64,000 nucleotides of DNA from Escherichia coli (GTDB lineage: Bacteria > Pseudomonadota > Gammaproteobacteria > Enterobacterales > Enterobacteriaceae), in the NCBI GenBank assembly GCA_029351405.1, contig GCA_029351405.1_4841.1. One strand, 5' to 3'. This document shows positions 28,569 through 36,235 of the stretch, one piece after another; positions within the stretch are counted from its first letter, which is position 1; every line of letters starts with the position of its first letter. The notes under the pieces were generated by a model. It was not told the origin of the DNA. It was given only the letters and a program-made list of their open reading frames with translations, and did not search any database. The position numbers and the translations under genes were made by a program.

Positions 28569-29254
28569 CACTCGTTCTCCTTCATCATATTGTCGCAGTC
28601 AACGCGAGTCTGCTGGAGTTCGCGTGACATGCGAGGATCATCAAGGTTCACGCTCAGATTCGTGGCCAGGTCTTTCAGACCGTTCTGAACCCTGTCTTCA
28701 AAGTAATAATCGTTCTCAACCAACCAGGCTCTGAGACCGAGAGCGCGAGTGCGCCATTCCTTCTTCAGGACGCGATCAGAGGTCTGCGTAGCGCTGTATT
28801 CGAATACTTTGATGCACTGGTTGCCATCGTTGATAAGGTTCAGGTGGCGGCGACCAACCTGCACACCCTTCTGTAATGCCGGAGAAGGGAGCGAACGACA
28901 CTGTCTTACGGTCATTCGGCCTTGGGTGCCCATACGCCCAGTCATGATTAAATCGCCAGCCTCCATGCCTCCACGGTTAAATTCGTCGTCATTGAGGTAG
29001 CCCTTGAGGTTATAGGCTCCCTGTTTGTAACGGTTGAACTCAATTCCGGCATTGACGACAGCAGTGGAGACGTTGCCTGTGTTCCAGAGTTCAGCGAAGT
29101 TCTCTATGGAACCAGACTTGTCGATGGCAACCGCCTGGGAGAACCCAGCACAATAGGAAAGGTCGGACCACAGTTTATCACCTGTGGAGTTCAGATTGGC
29201 AGCGGCGGGTAATGCCAGACCAGCCAGCACAACCCCGAGGATTAAACGTTTCAT
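28568..29254 (-). CDS. secreted or membrane-anchored protein (signal peptide)
   Basis: ATG at 29254 with SD AAGGAGAA; N-terminus MKRLILGVVLAGLALPAAA. Confidence 0.6.
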   Translation of the reverse strand: MKRLILGVVLAGLALPAAANLNSTGDKLWSDLSYCAGFSQAVAIDKSGSIENFAELWNTGNVSTAVVNAGIEFNRYKQGAYNLKGYLNDDEFNRGGMEAGDLIMTGRMGTQGRMTVRQCRSLPSPALQKGVQVGRRHLNLINDGNQCIKVFEYSATQTSDRVLKKEWRTRALGLRAWLVENDYYFEDRVQNGLKDLATNLSVNLDDPRMSRELQQTRVDCDNMMKENE

Positions 29255-29282
29255 GGTGATTCTCCTTATTTCATTGGATGAA

Positions 29283-29311
29283 ATGATAGGCGGCTCACCA
29301 TGTTGAGTAAA
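29283..29311 (-). promoter_or_regulatory. candidate early promoter (TTTACT-17-TATCAT)
   Basis: Hexamers with 17-nt spacer upstream of the 29254 start. Confidence 0.35.
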
Positions 29312-29333
29312 GGGTTTCAATAAACTATCGTAT

Positions 29334-29783
29334 TCAGAAACGGGTATCGCTGACCGTTCTGTATCGCACACCCTGAAACTGTTTAGCGAGTTTAACAAAT
29401 TCCATCGCTGGTAAATCAACTTTGTAGACCTTCATGCGCTGTTTGCCGTCCATGTTCAACGCAGCGACAAATCGGTGTGAGCCGTCAACAACGTAATTGT
29501 CAGAAGACACCCAAACCCGACCCATAGGTTTCTTATTTCTGATGTTCTTCATGATCTTCCAGACCTTCATCTTGTTGATTTCGTTCTGGGTAAGACGAAG
29601 CATTTTGATGGGCACTTGCGCAGCATCTATGGACACGCCGTTGTCTTCAAGATATTTGTGAAAATCTTCTTGTTTGTCGGCATCGATTTGCGGCATAGAA
29701 GAACGAGAAAGCCCGAGGTTCCCAACAGGAATCCTCAGGCCGTTAATGATGTTCAACCAGTCAATAAAAGATGTAAGGAACAT
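29334..29783 (-). CDS. ParB-like nuclease domain protein
   Basis: 149 aa; VVDGSHRFVAAL resembles the ParB/Srx N-domain motif; SD GAGGTG. Confidence 0.55.
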   Translation of the reverse strand: MFLTSFIDWLNIINGLRIPVGNLGLSRSSMPQIDADKQEDFHKYLEDNGVSIDAAQVPIKMLRLTQNEINKMKVWKIMKNIRNKKPMGRVWVSSDNYVVDGSHRFVAALNMDGKQRMKVYKVDLPAMEFVKLAKQFQGVRYRTVSDTRF

Positions 29784-29815
29784 GACACACCTCGGGATAT
29801 AGGGTTATCCCTTAG

Positions 29816-30007
29816 TTAGCGCATCCATCGATCCTTTCTCTCTTTCTCCTTGCGTTCGCGACGTTTCTGGTCGGATCGGAATAACCAATAGAAGAAGTTC
29901 CCACCCAAGATGAAAACCACCGCGATTATTACTAGGACACCCTTCACAATTTCCCAAACCAATTCTTTATCCAAATTACACCTCGTCTTCTTCAGGTCCA
30001 CCGTCAA
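29816..30007 (-). CDS. possible small membrane protein (start uncertain, non-ATG)
   Basis: Hydrophobic core VLVIIAVVFILGGNFFYWLF; only TTG/GTG starts available; overlaps the neighbouring ORF. Confidence 0.25.
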   Translation of the reverse strand: MTVDLKKTRCNLDKELVWEIVKGVLVIIAVVFILGGNFFYWLFRSDQKRRERKEKERKDRWMR

Positions 30008-30263
30008 TCAGGATACGAGCGGTGTCGAAAGTTTCCCCACCCGTGTTCAACAGCTTGGTTAGATCATCAAGAGTACCGACAGGACCAAGATCAGCCTGGC
30101 GGAGAACGAACTCTAGAAGCCCGTAGAGCGCTGATTGGAAACGGGAGTTGTCGATATCGTTCTTGACTTCCATCAGGCGGACAACATTGGCAGACTGGAC
30201 ATAACTCAGCTGAGTCTTACCTTTTGCCATGTCTTTCACGGAACGGCGTTGTTCAGGCGTCAT
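29976..30263 (-). CDS. hypothetical protein
   Basis: 95 aa; ATGA overlap with the upstream gene. Confidence 0.55.
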   Translation of the reverse strand: MTPEQRRSVKDMAKGKTQLSYVQSANVVRLMEVKNDIDNSRFQSALYGLLEFVLRQADLGPVGTLDDLTKLLNTGGETFDTARILIDGGPEEDEV

Positions 30264-30637
30264 AATGTTCCACCCCCGACAGAGATCAAGAACTCTTCTT
30301 GCATGGTCTTGACCGGGTGGTGGTTTCGGATTTCGATCATGAAGCCCCAGCCGCCGTCGGCGACGTTGCCAAAGGTCTTGACGCCAAAGGACTTCGTCCC
30401 GTTGGAGCAGGAATAGATGTCCAGGACGTATGGGCTACCCTGATTGTCGATCCCACGATTCACGTCTTCTGATACGCAGCGCTCAATCATCTTCCCGTTC
30501 TTATACAGAACGAGGTCTTGGCCATACGCCTTGAAAGCATAAACACCGTTGGTAGACACTCCGGTGATGACAGGAGGGGCGGAAACAGCAGCAAAGGAAG
30601 CGCCTAGCAGGGCAACAGCGAGGATTAACTTTTTCAT
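30260..30637 (-). CDS. secreted protein (signal peptide)
   Basis: MKKLILAVALLGASFAAVSA signal peptide; conserved leader ...GACTATATC-ATG. Confidence 0.6.
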   Translation of the reverse strand: MKKLILAVALLGASFAAVSAPPVITGVSTNGVYAFKAYGQDLVLYKNGKMIERCVSEDVNRGIDNQGSPYVLDIYSCSNGTKSFGVKTFGNVADGGWGFMIEIRNHHPVKTMQEEFLISVGGGTL

Positions 30638-30661
30638 GATATAGTCTCTTGGTTTCAAATG

Positions 30662-30683
30662 GGCGGGGTATGATTACCCCGCC
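30662..30683 (-). repeat. GC-rich leader stem-loop (ggcggggta-tgat-taccccgcc), family member
   Basis: 9-bp stem; related copies at 31223, 43148 and 31960; loop is the reverse complement of the 31223 copy. Confidence 0.5.
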
Positions 30684-30689
30684 GTGGGT

Positions 30690-31196
30690 TTATAGAGTAA
30701 CAAGTGATACGGTAAAAACCATCGTCCCGTCTGTTGCCATTTTTCTTGAAACTGGTATGACGCGAGGCTGGCAGAATATCCATTCTTTCTCCATGGACGC
30801 CAAGTCCAGCATATCCATTTCTGATTCATCGCCTTTGTTCACAAATTTTTCTAGAGAACCATAGACATTAAGCCCCTCCGGGAGTCCGTTTCGATGTTTG
30901 TAACAAATGCGGGCAACAGCTTTGGTTCCGTACGATTTAGAAAATTGTTTGGCCACATGCTTCAGTTCACTGAAGCTAAGACAAGAATCCCATGTCTGGA
31001 ACATGTCGCCTCGTTCAAACATCATCTCTAAACGCGCAACGTCCTCTTTAGGCAGCCCGCGATAAAGTGTGGTCGTCTGTGGTTCGCGTAATTCTTGCAC
31101 CAGATCACGGACGGCAGGGGAAACAGTACCGGGGCGCATTATGTGGGACTTATCATGGACGAGGTAAAATAAATCTTGAATTTGTTGATCGGTCAT
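30690..31196 (-). CDS. putative ADP-ribosyltransferase (R-S-E type, ModA/ModB-like)
   Basis: 168 aa; YRG ... SFS ... EKEWIF spacing matches the R / S-x-S / E-x-E triad; conserved early leader. Confidence 0.45.
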   Translation of the reverse strand: MTDQQIQDLFYLVHDKSHIMRPGTVSPAVRDLVQELREPQTTTLYRGLPKEDVARLEMMFERGDMFQTWDSCLSFSELKHVAKQFSKSYGTKAVARICYKHRNGLPEGLNVYGSLEKFVNKGDESEMDMLDLASMEKEWIFCQPRVIPVSRKMATDGTMVFTVSLVTL

Positions 31197-31222
31197 GGTA
31201 TAGTTCCTGCATTTCAAATAGA

Positions 31223-31240
31223 CGGGGTAATCATACCCCG
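31223..31240 (-). repeat. GC-rich leader stem-loop (cggggta-atca-taccccg), family member
   Basis: Same stem as the 30662 copy with inverted loop. Confidence 0.5.
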
Positions 31241-31302
31241 CCCAAAGTTATAGAATTAACTGATGTGCTTCAGAAGAGCGAAGAGGATCGCGGCCTTGGC
31301 CT

Positions 31303-31494
31303 TTACCTTTCCCACGATACCTGTCTCGACATCAACTTCTTCAGCAACCCACTCTTTCCCTTCTTGCTGATGATAACGTCACGACGCTGTGCGTAGACTT
31401 CTTTGGTCGCATACACACGACGGAACCCTTTAGCGCGGAGCAAGCCCCAATTGCGATCAATTTCTACTGAGGTTTCTACCATTTTGTTCTTCAT
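31303..31494 (-). CDS. small basic protein
   Basis: 63 aa; leader TTGAAAGGTAAGATTATAAC-ATG. Confidence 0.5.
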   Translation of the reverse strand: MKNKMVETSVEIDRNWGLLRAKGFRRVYATKEVYAQRRDVIISKKGKSGLLKKLMSRQVSWER

Positions 31495-31545
31495 GTTATA
31501 ATCTTACCTTTCAACCCGGTGAACCCATCGTTCGCCAGTTATTGA

Positions 31546-31574
31546 ATAATAGGACATTCCTTAGAGGAAGTAAA
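31546..31574 (-). promoter_or_regulatory. early sigma70-like promoter (GTTTACT-17-TATTAT)
   Basis: Hexamers with 17-nt spacer immediately 3' of the terminator hairpin (PeSL architecture). Confidence 0.5.
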
Positions 31575-31590
31575 CCCCTAAAAGTAAAAA

Positions 31591-31610
31591 TCCCCAACGT
31601 TTGTTGGGGA
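31591..31610 (-). terminator. rho-independent terminator ending the vWA / ACP-like operon
   Basis: tccccaac / gttgggga 8-bp stem followed by UUUUUACUUUU on the minus strand. Confidence 0.55.
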
Positions 31611-31616
31611 CTTCTG

Positions 31617-31940
31617 TTATTTGCGCAGGGCAACTACGAGTTCAGCGAGTTCACCCATGGTCGGGTCATCACCTTTACTGCCCAGCCAACCATCGTCGAT
31701 TTCGACCTGAAACTCTTCTTCGAGGTCCATTACAATTTCGATAGCGTCCAGTTCATCACCGCCGAGGTCTTTCTTGGTACGGAGGCCAGCCAGCTTGTCC
31801 AGGGCGTCCTCGTTCTGAGATGCCACGTCGTCCAGCAATTTGCGCTTGTCATCGTCACGCCACAGATCCAAGTTCAGATTGTCAGTGGCGTACTGAGCCA
31901 GATGACGCATGACTTCAACATATGTTGGTTTGCTGCTCAT
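31617..31940 (-). CDS. acyl-carrier-protein-like protein lacking the phosphopantetheine serine (DSL replaced by DEL)
   Basis: 107 aa; DLGGDELDAIEIVMDLEEEFQVEI aligns with the E. coli ACP core [34 protein letters not shown]. Confidence 0.65.
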   Translation of the reverse strand: MSSKPTYVEVMRHLAQYATDNLNLDLWRDDDKRKLLDDVASQNEDALDKLAGLRTKKDLGGDELDAIEIVMDLEEEFQVEIDDGWLGSKGDDPTMGELAELVVALRK

Positions 31941-31982
31941 GCTACTTCTCCCAAAGAATGGCGGGTTGCCCCGCCCGTTGGA

Positions 31983-34184
31983 TTAGATTTTGATTTCTTT
32001 CTCTGTCAGTTCGGCAGTGACCTTGTACTTCACCCCATCCACTTCAACTTCCATGGTGGACTCTTCCAGGTCGAGGTCGGTGAACCAGCCATGACCAGCA
32101 ACGATACCATACACCACTTTAGACAGCGTCTTGTTCAGGGCGCGGACTTCGGTGATGGCCGCCTTGGTAGCAGCGTCGATCCAGTTTTCGATCAGCTGTT
32201 TCTGTAGGGCTTCAGGCACGGCAGTGATCATAGGAGACTTCACAAATGCTTCGTACTCTTTCAGAGCATTGGCGATGAACAAGTCACCAGCATTGAGTTT
32301 CTTGTTCTCGGCGATCTTCTTCTGTACTGCCGCGATGCTCGGTAGTGAAGATGCCCCGGCGATCTTAACGTTCAGCTCACGGCTCATGTAGACGTCCGTG
32401 GAGTCCTTCAGTTCGGTCTTCGGTGAGAAGCCGTAATCGCGGATGCCGTAGGAGGACAGGAACTCGGCCGCCTCAGCGCCGTACTGTACTGCCAGGCCTT
32501 TGGCGTTACCCTTACCAACCAGGGCGTCTCGATAGAACTTCAGTACCTTCTGCTTGCCTTTCAGGGCTTCCAGGCGGACATTATCCGCAAAGAACTGAGC
32601 AGCACTGATGTTCTTGACCATGGCGCGGTTGACCAGCGGTACGCTTTCCAGGTTCAGGATGAACACTTCCGGACCACCAAACACGTGGACGCCCATTTCG
32701 ATCAGCTTCTGTACAACTTCGATATCAGCCTTGAACGGCAGAGTCTTCACGTTAATGATACCGTCTTTGACGATGGTGTAGTTGCGCCACTGGAAAGTAT
32801 CCAGTTCTTCAGGCAGGCCAAACTTCTTCTGTGCGAATTCAGGCACAGCCACAGTACCGTGTTGAATTGTACGCACACTGATGTTCGGGCGCTCGGAGTT
32901 ATAGACCAAATCGCTGATTGGCACAACACCCAGGTCGTTGGTAGGTTCGAACGTCGGGTTCCACTCTTCGTGTTCTGCCAGCTTGAGAGCCAGGGCTTTA
33001 CGCTCTTCTTTGGACTGAGCATTCGCGATCTGTTCTGCCAGCTTGTCTTCGGTGTCGTCGGTTTTCTGCACAGTACCGCGCCCGATACTCTTATAGGAGA
33101 ACATCGGATGCTTGGTAGCAACAGGCACACCAGCTTCAGCCAGGTACGTCAGCACATCAACGACGGTTGTCGCATCTTCAGCCGGAACCATGTCATAGTC
33201 AATACCGTCAACGCCGCGCAGCTGGTCATCAACAATCGCCTGAACCAGATCGTTCTTGATGTTGGAGTAGTCCTGCTTGGTGAAGCAGTTGCTGTACTGT
33301 TTGATGAAGCGAACGTCGCCCGTCTTCTTCAGCGCAGCCCAAACCAGATCTGCGTCCATAGTGTGTACGCCGTAGAACGCCAGCACGTATGCCGCCTGGA
33401 TGTCCGTCAGGCTATCCATCTGGTCGATCATGTTAGGGTTTACAACCCACAGCTTGGTGACGCTCTCAGGGATGCTCACATAGCCGACCGGGTGAGAGTC
33501 ATCGTCCTGTACCGCCAGCACTGTTGCCACACCGTTTTCGACGTAGATTGCATGGGTGTAGATGACTGGGACATCAACTTTCACCTTCGGCACTGATGAC
33601 TTCAGCACGTTTTCCAGTTCGTTCTGGTATTCGGTCTGACCTTCGGCAAACACGTGAGTAGCACCGGAGCGTTCGGCCATCTGCGCCAGCAGTTCGCGGT
33701 TACAGTACCAGCCGTATTCGATAAATGTAATGTTATCGAAAGCAAATGGCAGGGTCTCAGCAACCAGTAAGATTTCGTTGGTACGCCAGCAGTTGTCATA
33801 ACCATCGGTCATGAATGCCAGGTTGTTGACGTAGCCAGGTTTCTTCAGGTCACGCGCAGTATCCATCGCCAGTTTCAATGGCTCAACGAAACCAGTACAG
33901 CCGGATGGTTGCAGGAAACGGTCGATCAGTTTGTTCAGCTCGCTCAGGTCAGATGCGACACCGATCTGACGCCCGGCAAATACCGTTCCGAAATCACCGC
34001 GAGATGAAAAGTAAAGGATGCTCACAGTATCTTCGGGTTTCACCAGGGAAGGTAGGTTCTCCTTCAGATGCTTACGGACTTCTGGAAGTGAACGATACAT
34101 GGAACCGGAGATATCCACAACGATTACATGGTTAGACGGCGCGACGGTCGCAACCGCATTCTTAAATGTTAATGATTCAATCAT
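31983..34184 (-). CDS. von Willebrand factor A domain protein
   Basis: 733 aa from the ATG at 34184; MIDAS-like VVDISGSM ... FMTDGYDN. Confidence 0.7.
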   Translation of the reverse strand: MIESLTFKNAVATVAPSNHVIVVDISGSMYRSLPEVRKHLKENLPSLVKPEDTVSILYFSSRGDFGTVFAGRQIGVASDLSELNKLIDRFLQPSGCTGFVEPLKLAMDTARDLKKPGYVNNLAFMTDGYDNCWRTNEILLVAETLPFAFDNITFIEYGWYCNRELLAQMAERSGATHVFAEGQTEYQNELENVLKSSVPKVKVDVPVIYTHAIYVENGVATVLAVQDDDSHPVGYVSIPESVTKLWVVNPNMIDQMDSLTDIQAAYVLAFYGVHTMDADLVWAALKKTGDVRFIKQYSNCFTKQDYSNIKNDLVQAIVDDQLRGVDGIDYDMVPAEDATTVVDVLTYLAEAGVPVATKHPMFSYKSIGRGTVQKTDDTEDKLAEQIANAQSKEERKALALKLAEHEEWNPTFEPTNDLGVVPISDLVYNSERPNISVRTIQHGTVAVPEFAQKKFGLPEELDTFQWRNYTIVKDGIINVKTLPFKADIEVVQKLIEMGVHVFGGPEVFILNLESVPLVNRAMVKNISAAQFFADNVRLEALKGKQKVLKFYRDALVGKGNAKGLAVQYGAEAAEFLSSYGIRDYGFSPKTELKDSTDVYMSRELNVKIAGASSLPSIAAVQKKIAENKKLNAGDLFIANALKEYEAFVKSPMITAVPEALQKQLIENWIDAATKAAITEVRALNKTLSKVVYGIVAGHGWFTDLDLEESTMEVEVDGVKYKVTAELTEKEIKI

Positions 34185-34353
34185 CGTTTTGACCTTTTTG
34201 GGCTTTGGAGTGTTTGGAGTTCGCGTCGGCGTTCTCCAGCATAGTTTCAATGAAATCCCGGTTGTTTTCCATTTGGGCGACCAGAACATCACTGGGGCGG
34301 AATGATTTGTCAAGACAATCAAGTCCGGCGCGTTTTAATTTGTTGTCGGTCAT
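34177..34353 (-). CDS. small hypothetical protein
   Basis: 58 aa from the ATG at 34353; overlaps the vWA start; first gene after the promoter at 34402-34429. Confidence 0.4.
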   Translation of the reverse strand: MTDNKLKRAGLDCLDKSFRPSDVLVAQMENNRDFIETMLENADANSKHSKAQKGQNDD

Positions 34354-34401
34354 CAGGCTCTCGTGAGTTATATTTCCCAACTATTTCAACATGGAACTAT
34401 T

Positions 34402-34429
34402 ATATTACGACAGGCGGTATTGATGTCAA
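34402..34429 (-). promoter_or_regulatory. sigma70-type promoter (TTGACA-16-TAATAT)
   Basis: Consensus -35 on the minus strand in a 150-bp AT-rich intergenic region upstream of the vWA / ACP-like operon. Confidence 0.45.
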
Positions 34430-34503
34430 TTAATATAATAAAAATACCCGATTGAATATAACCGGGCATTATATTATTGACAGGTTGAAATATTATTCAG
34501 AGC

Positions 34504-35376
34504 TTATTTAAAGGAGTCTACAATGGATTTGAAAATATAATCTTTGGAGCGCTGTTGTACCGGGAGTTCTCCATACGGAACCATGCAAGGGTGTTGTTTG
34601 GTCTGAGGGTCTTTGACTGGGCCATACACCCAACCCTCAGACTCCTTCTCCGCCATCCATCTCTCATGCGATTCGCTGGGCTTACGATCACCAGTGAGGT
34701 GGAAGATAACACCTTTGCAAGCGCTCTCACGTTGCCAGGCCGGAGATTGTTCCCAAGGCAGTTGAGAGTCGTCACCAACAGACTTACAGTATGCGCGGTT
34801 GGCTTCATGACAAATCTTGGCGATGCGCAGAACCAATGGCGAATAAGTGAGATCGAGTTTGGAGTTGGCGCGCAGGAAATCACTAACAGTCTTACGAGAT
34901 TTGGCGTTATGAGATTCAACAACAAGTTCCATGTCATCCGGCCCACAAACGAAAGACGCCAAGAAGCGCTCACCATTTTCCGCTCTGAACGTCACGTCCT
35001 GAATCATCACATTGAAGCCGAGGTGATAGGCCGGATAGAGGGCGCTACGTTCAACAGCGTATTGATCGATCCGGATCTCTGCCGTTTCCGTGGCTTTGGC
35101 CAACAGATCTTGTTCAACAAGCGCCCGGTACGTCTCGAGCTGCCACAGCTGGTCGAAGGTATTATTGTAGGAAATCTCTTTGCCCAGGGCTTCATCGAAG
35201 TTGGCAGGGTCTATGGATGTGCTGGGCTTGGTGCCGTGAACGACGAAGCCGTTATCCATCTTGAAATGACAAGTGATAGCCCGGTGACCGCCGACTTCGC
35301 GGTCTTCGTAAATCACCTCAGCGATATGTGACTTCAGGACTTCAGGAGTGAGTTTTATGCCAGTACGAGTTGTCAT
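34504..35376 (-). CDS. RyR-domain protein
   Basis: 290 aa; C-terminal ...HERWMAEKESEGWVYGPVKDPQTKQHPCMVPYGELP matches the RyR-domain consensus; SD AGGATAA. Confidence 0.65.
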   Translation of the reverse strand: MTTRTGIKLTPEVLKSHIAEVIYEDREVGGHRAITCHFKMDNGFVVHGTKPSTSIDPANFDEALGKEISYNNTFDQLWQLETYRALVEQDLLAKATETAEIRIDQYAVERSALYPAYHLGFNVMIQDVTFRAENGERFLASFVCGPDDMELVVESHNAKSRKTVSDFLRANSKLDLTYSPLVLRIAKICHEANRAYCKSVGDDSQLPWEQSPAWQRESACKGVIFHLTGDRKPSESHERWMAEKESEGWVYGPVKDPQTKQHPCMVPYGELPVQQRSKDYIFKSIVDSFK

Positions 35377-35384
35377 GTGTTATC

Positions 35385-35759
35385 CTATGATAGTTGTTTA
35401 CAGACCTCCACTACTTTACGACACATATCGATATTGAACAACCCAATATGACAATCGCGCTTCTTGATCCCCAGCTTATGCGCCAGCCAACTGTAAGCGT
35501 CGCTCCTGCTCAACTCTCCGCTTTTCCACAGTGGGTCAAACGATCTATGGGCTTCCTGCTTAGCAGCACGGAGAGCGGCATTCGCCATCCTTCCCAAAGG
35601 TTGTCTGCCGTCGCCATGGGCATGGCAACCGACACGGGCATCACATGGGGTACATACCCAGAACTTCAGATTGCGGAGGTCAGGACGATGAGGGTAGAGA
35701 ACATCACCACCGACGAATTCGGCTGGGAGGCCACAGTAATCACATATAACAGGTTCCAT
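35385..35759 (-). CDS. zinc-ribbon protein (CDYCG ... CTPCD)
   Basis: 124 aa from the ATG at 35759; two CxxC pairs; terminator hairpin immediately upstream. Confidence 0.55.
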   Translation of the reverse strand: MEPVICDYCGLPAEFVGGDVLYPHRPDLRNLKFWVCTPCDARVGCHAHGDGRQPLGRMANAALRAAKQEAHRSFDPLWKSGELSRSDAYSWLAHKLGIKKRDCHIGLFNIDMCRKVVEVCKQLS

Positions 35760-35777
35760 ATTCTTTGTCCAAAAGAA

Positions 35778-35796
35778 ACCCCGCACATGGCGGGGT
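35778..35796 (-). terminator. rho-independent terminator
   Basis: aaccccgc / gcggggtt stem followed by UUUCUUUUGG on the minus strand. Confidence 0.5.
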
Positions 35797-35819
35797 TGCT
35801 CAGGCCGAGGCCAACAGGG

Positions 35820-36191
35820 TTATTTCAGCAGCGCTTCCAGTTCTTCAATAGATTTGCCTTCCAGCTCCTGCTGTTTCTTACGCTGGATCAGCTCCAGGAT
35901 AACCTGGTTGTTCGCCTTACGCTCTGCCGCGTCTTTGATGTCGTCGCGTTCTTTCAGCTTAACACCGATGATGTGCTTGACAACGTCGAAGCGCAGCTGC
36001 AATTCGGAATCAACGTTGCTTTTGGTGCCAATGAAATCTTCTTCATCGGTTTCTGCTGCTTTCACCTGACGGCTCAGACCTTTCGCCATTTCGTTCAGGG
36101 CGGTCAGGCTCAGATCCCAAACCTGCTCAACAGACAGCAGACCTTTGTTAGACTCGAAGCGCAGTTTCAGACGGGTTACTTTATCAAACAT
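35820..36191 (-). CDS. hypothetical coiled-coil protein
   Basis: 123 aa; SD GAGGATAG. Confidence 0.6.
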   Translation of the reverse strand: MFDKVTRLKLRFESNKGLLSVEQVWDLSLTALNEMAKGLSRQVKAAETDEEDFIGTKSNVDSELQLRFDVVKHIIGVKLKERDDIKDAAERKANNQVILELIQRKKQQELEGKSIEELEALLK

Positions 36192-36235
36192 TTTACTATC
36201 CTCAATGATGAATGGGTCACAATTTCAAATCAGGT

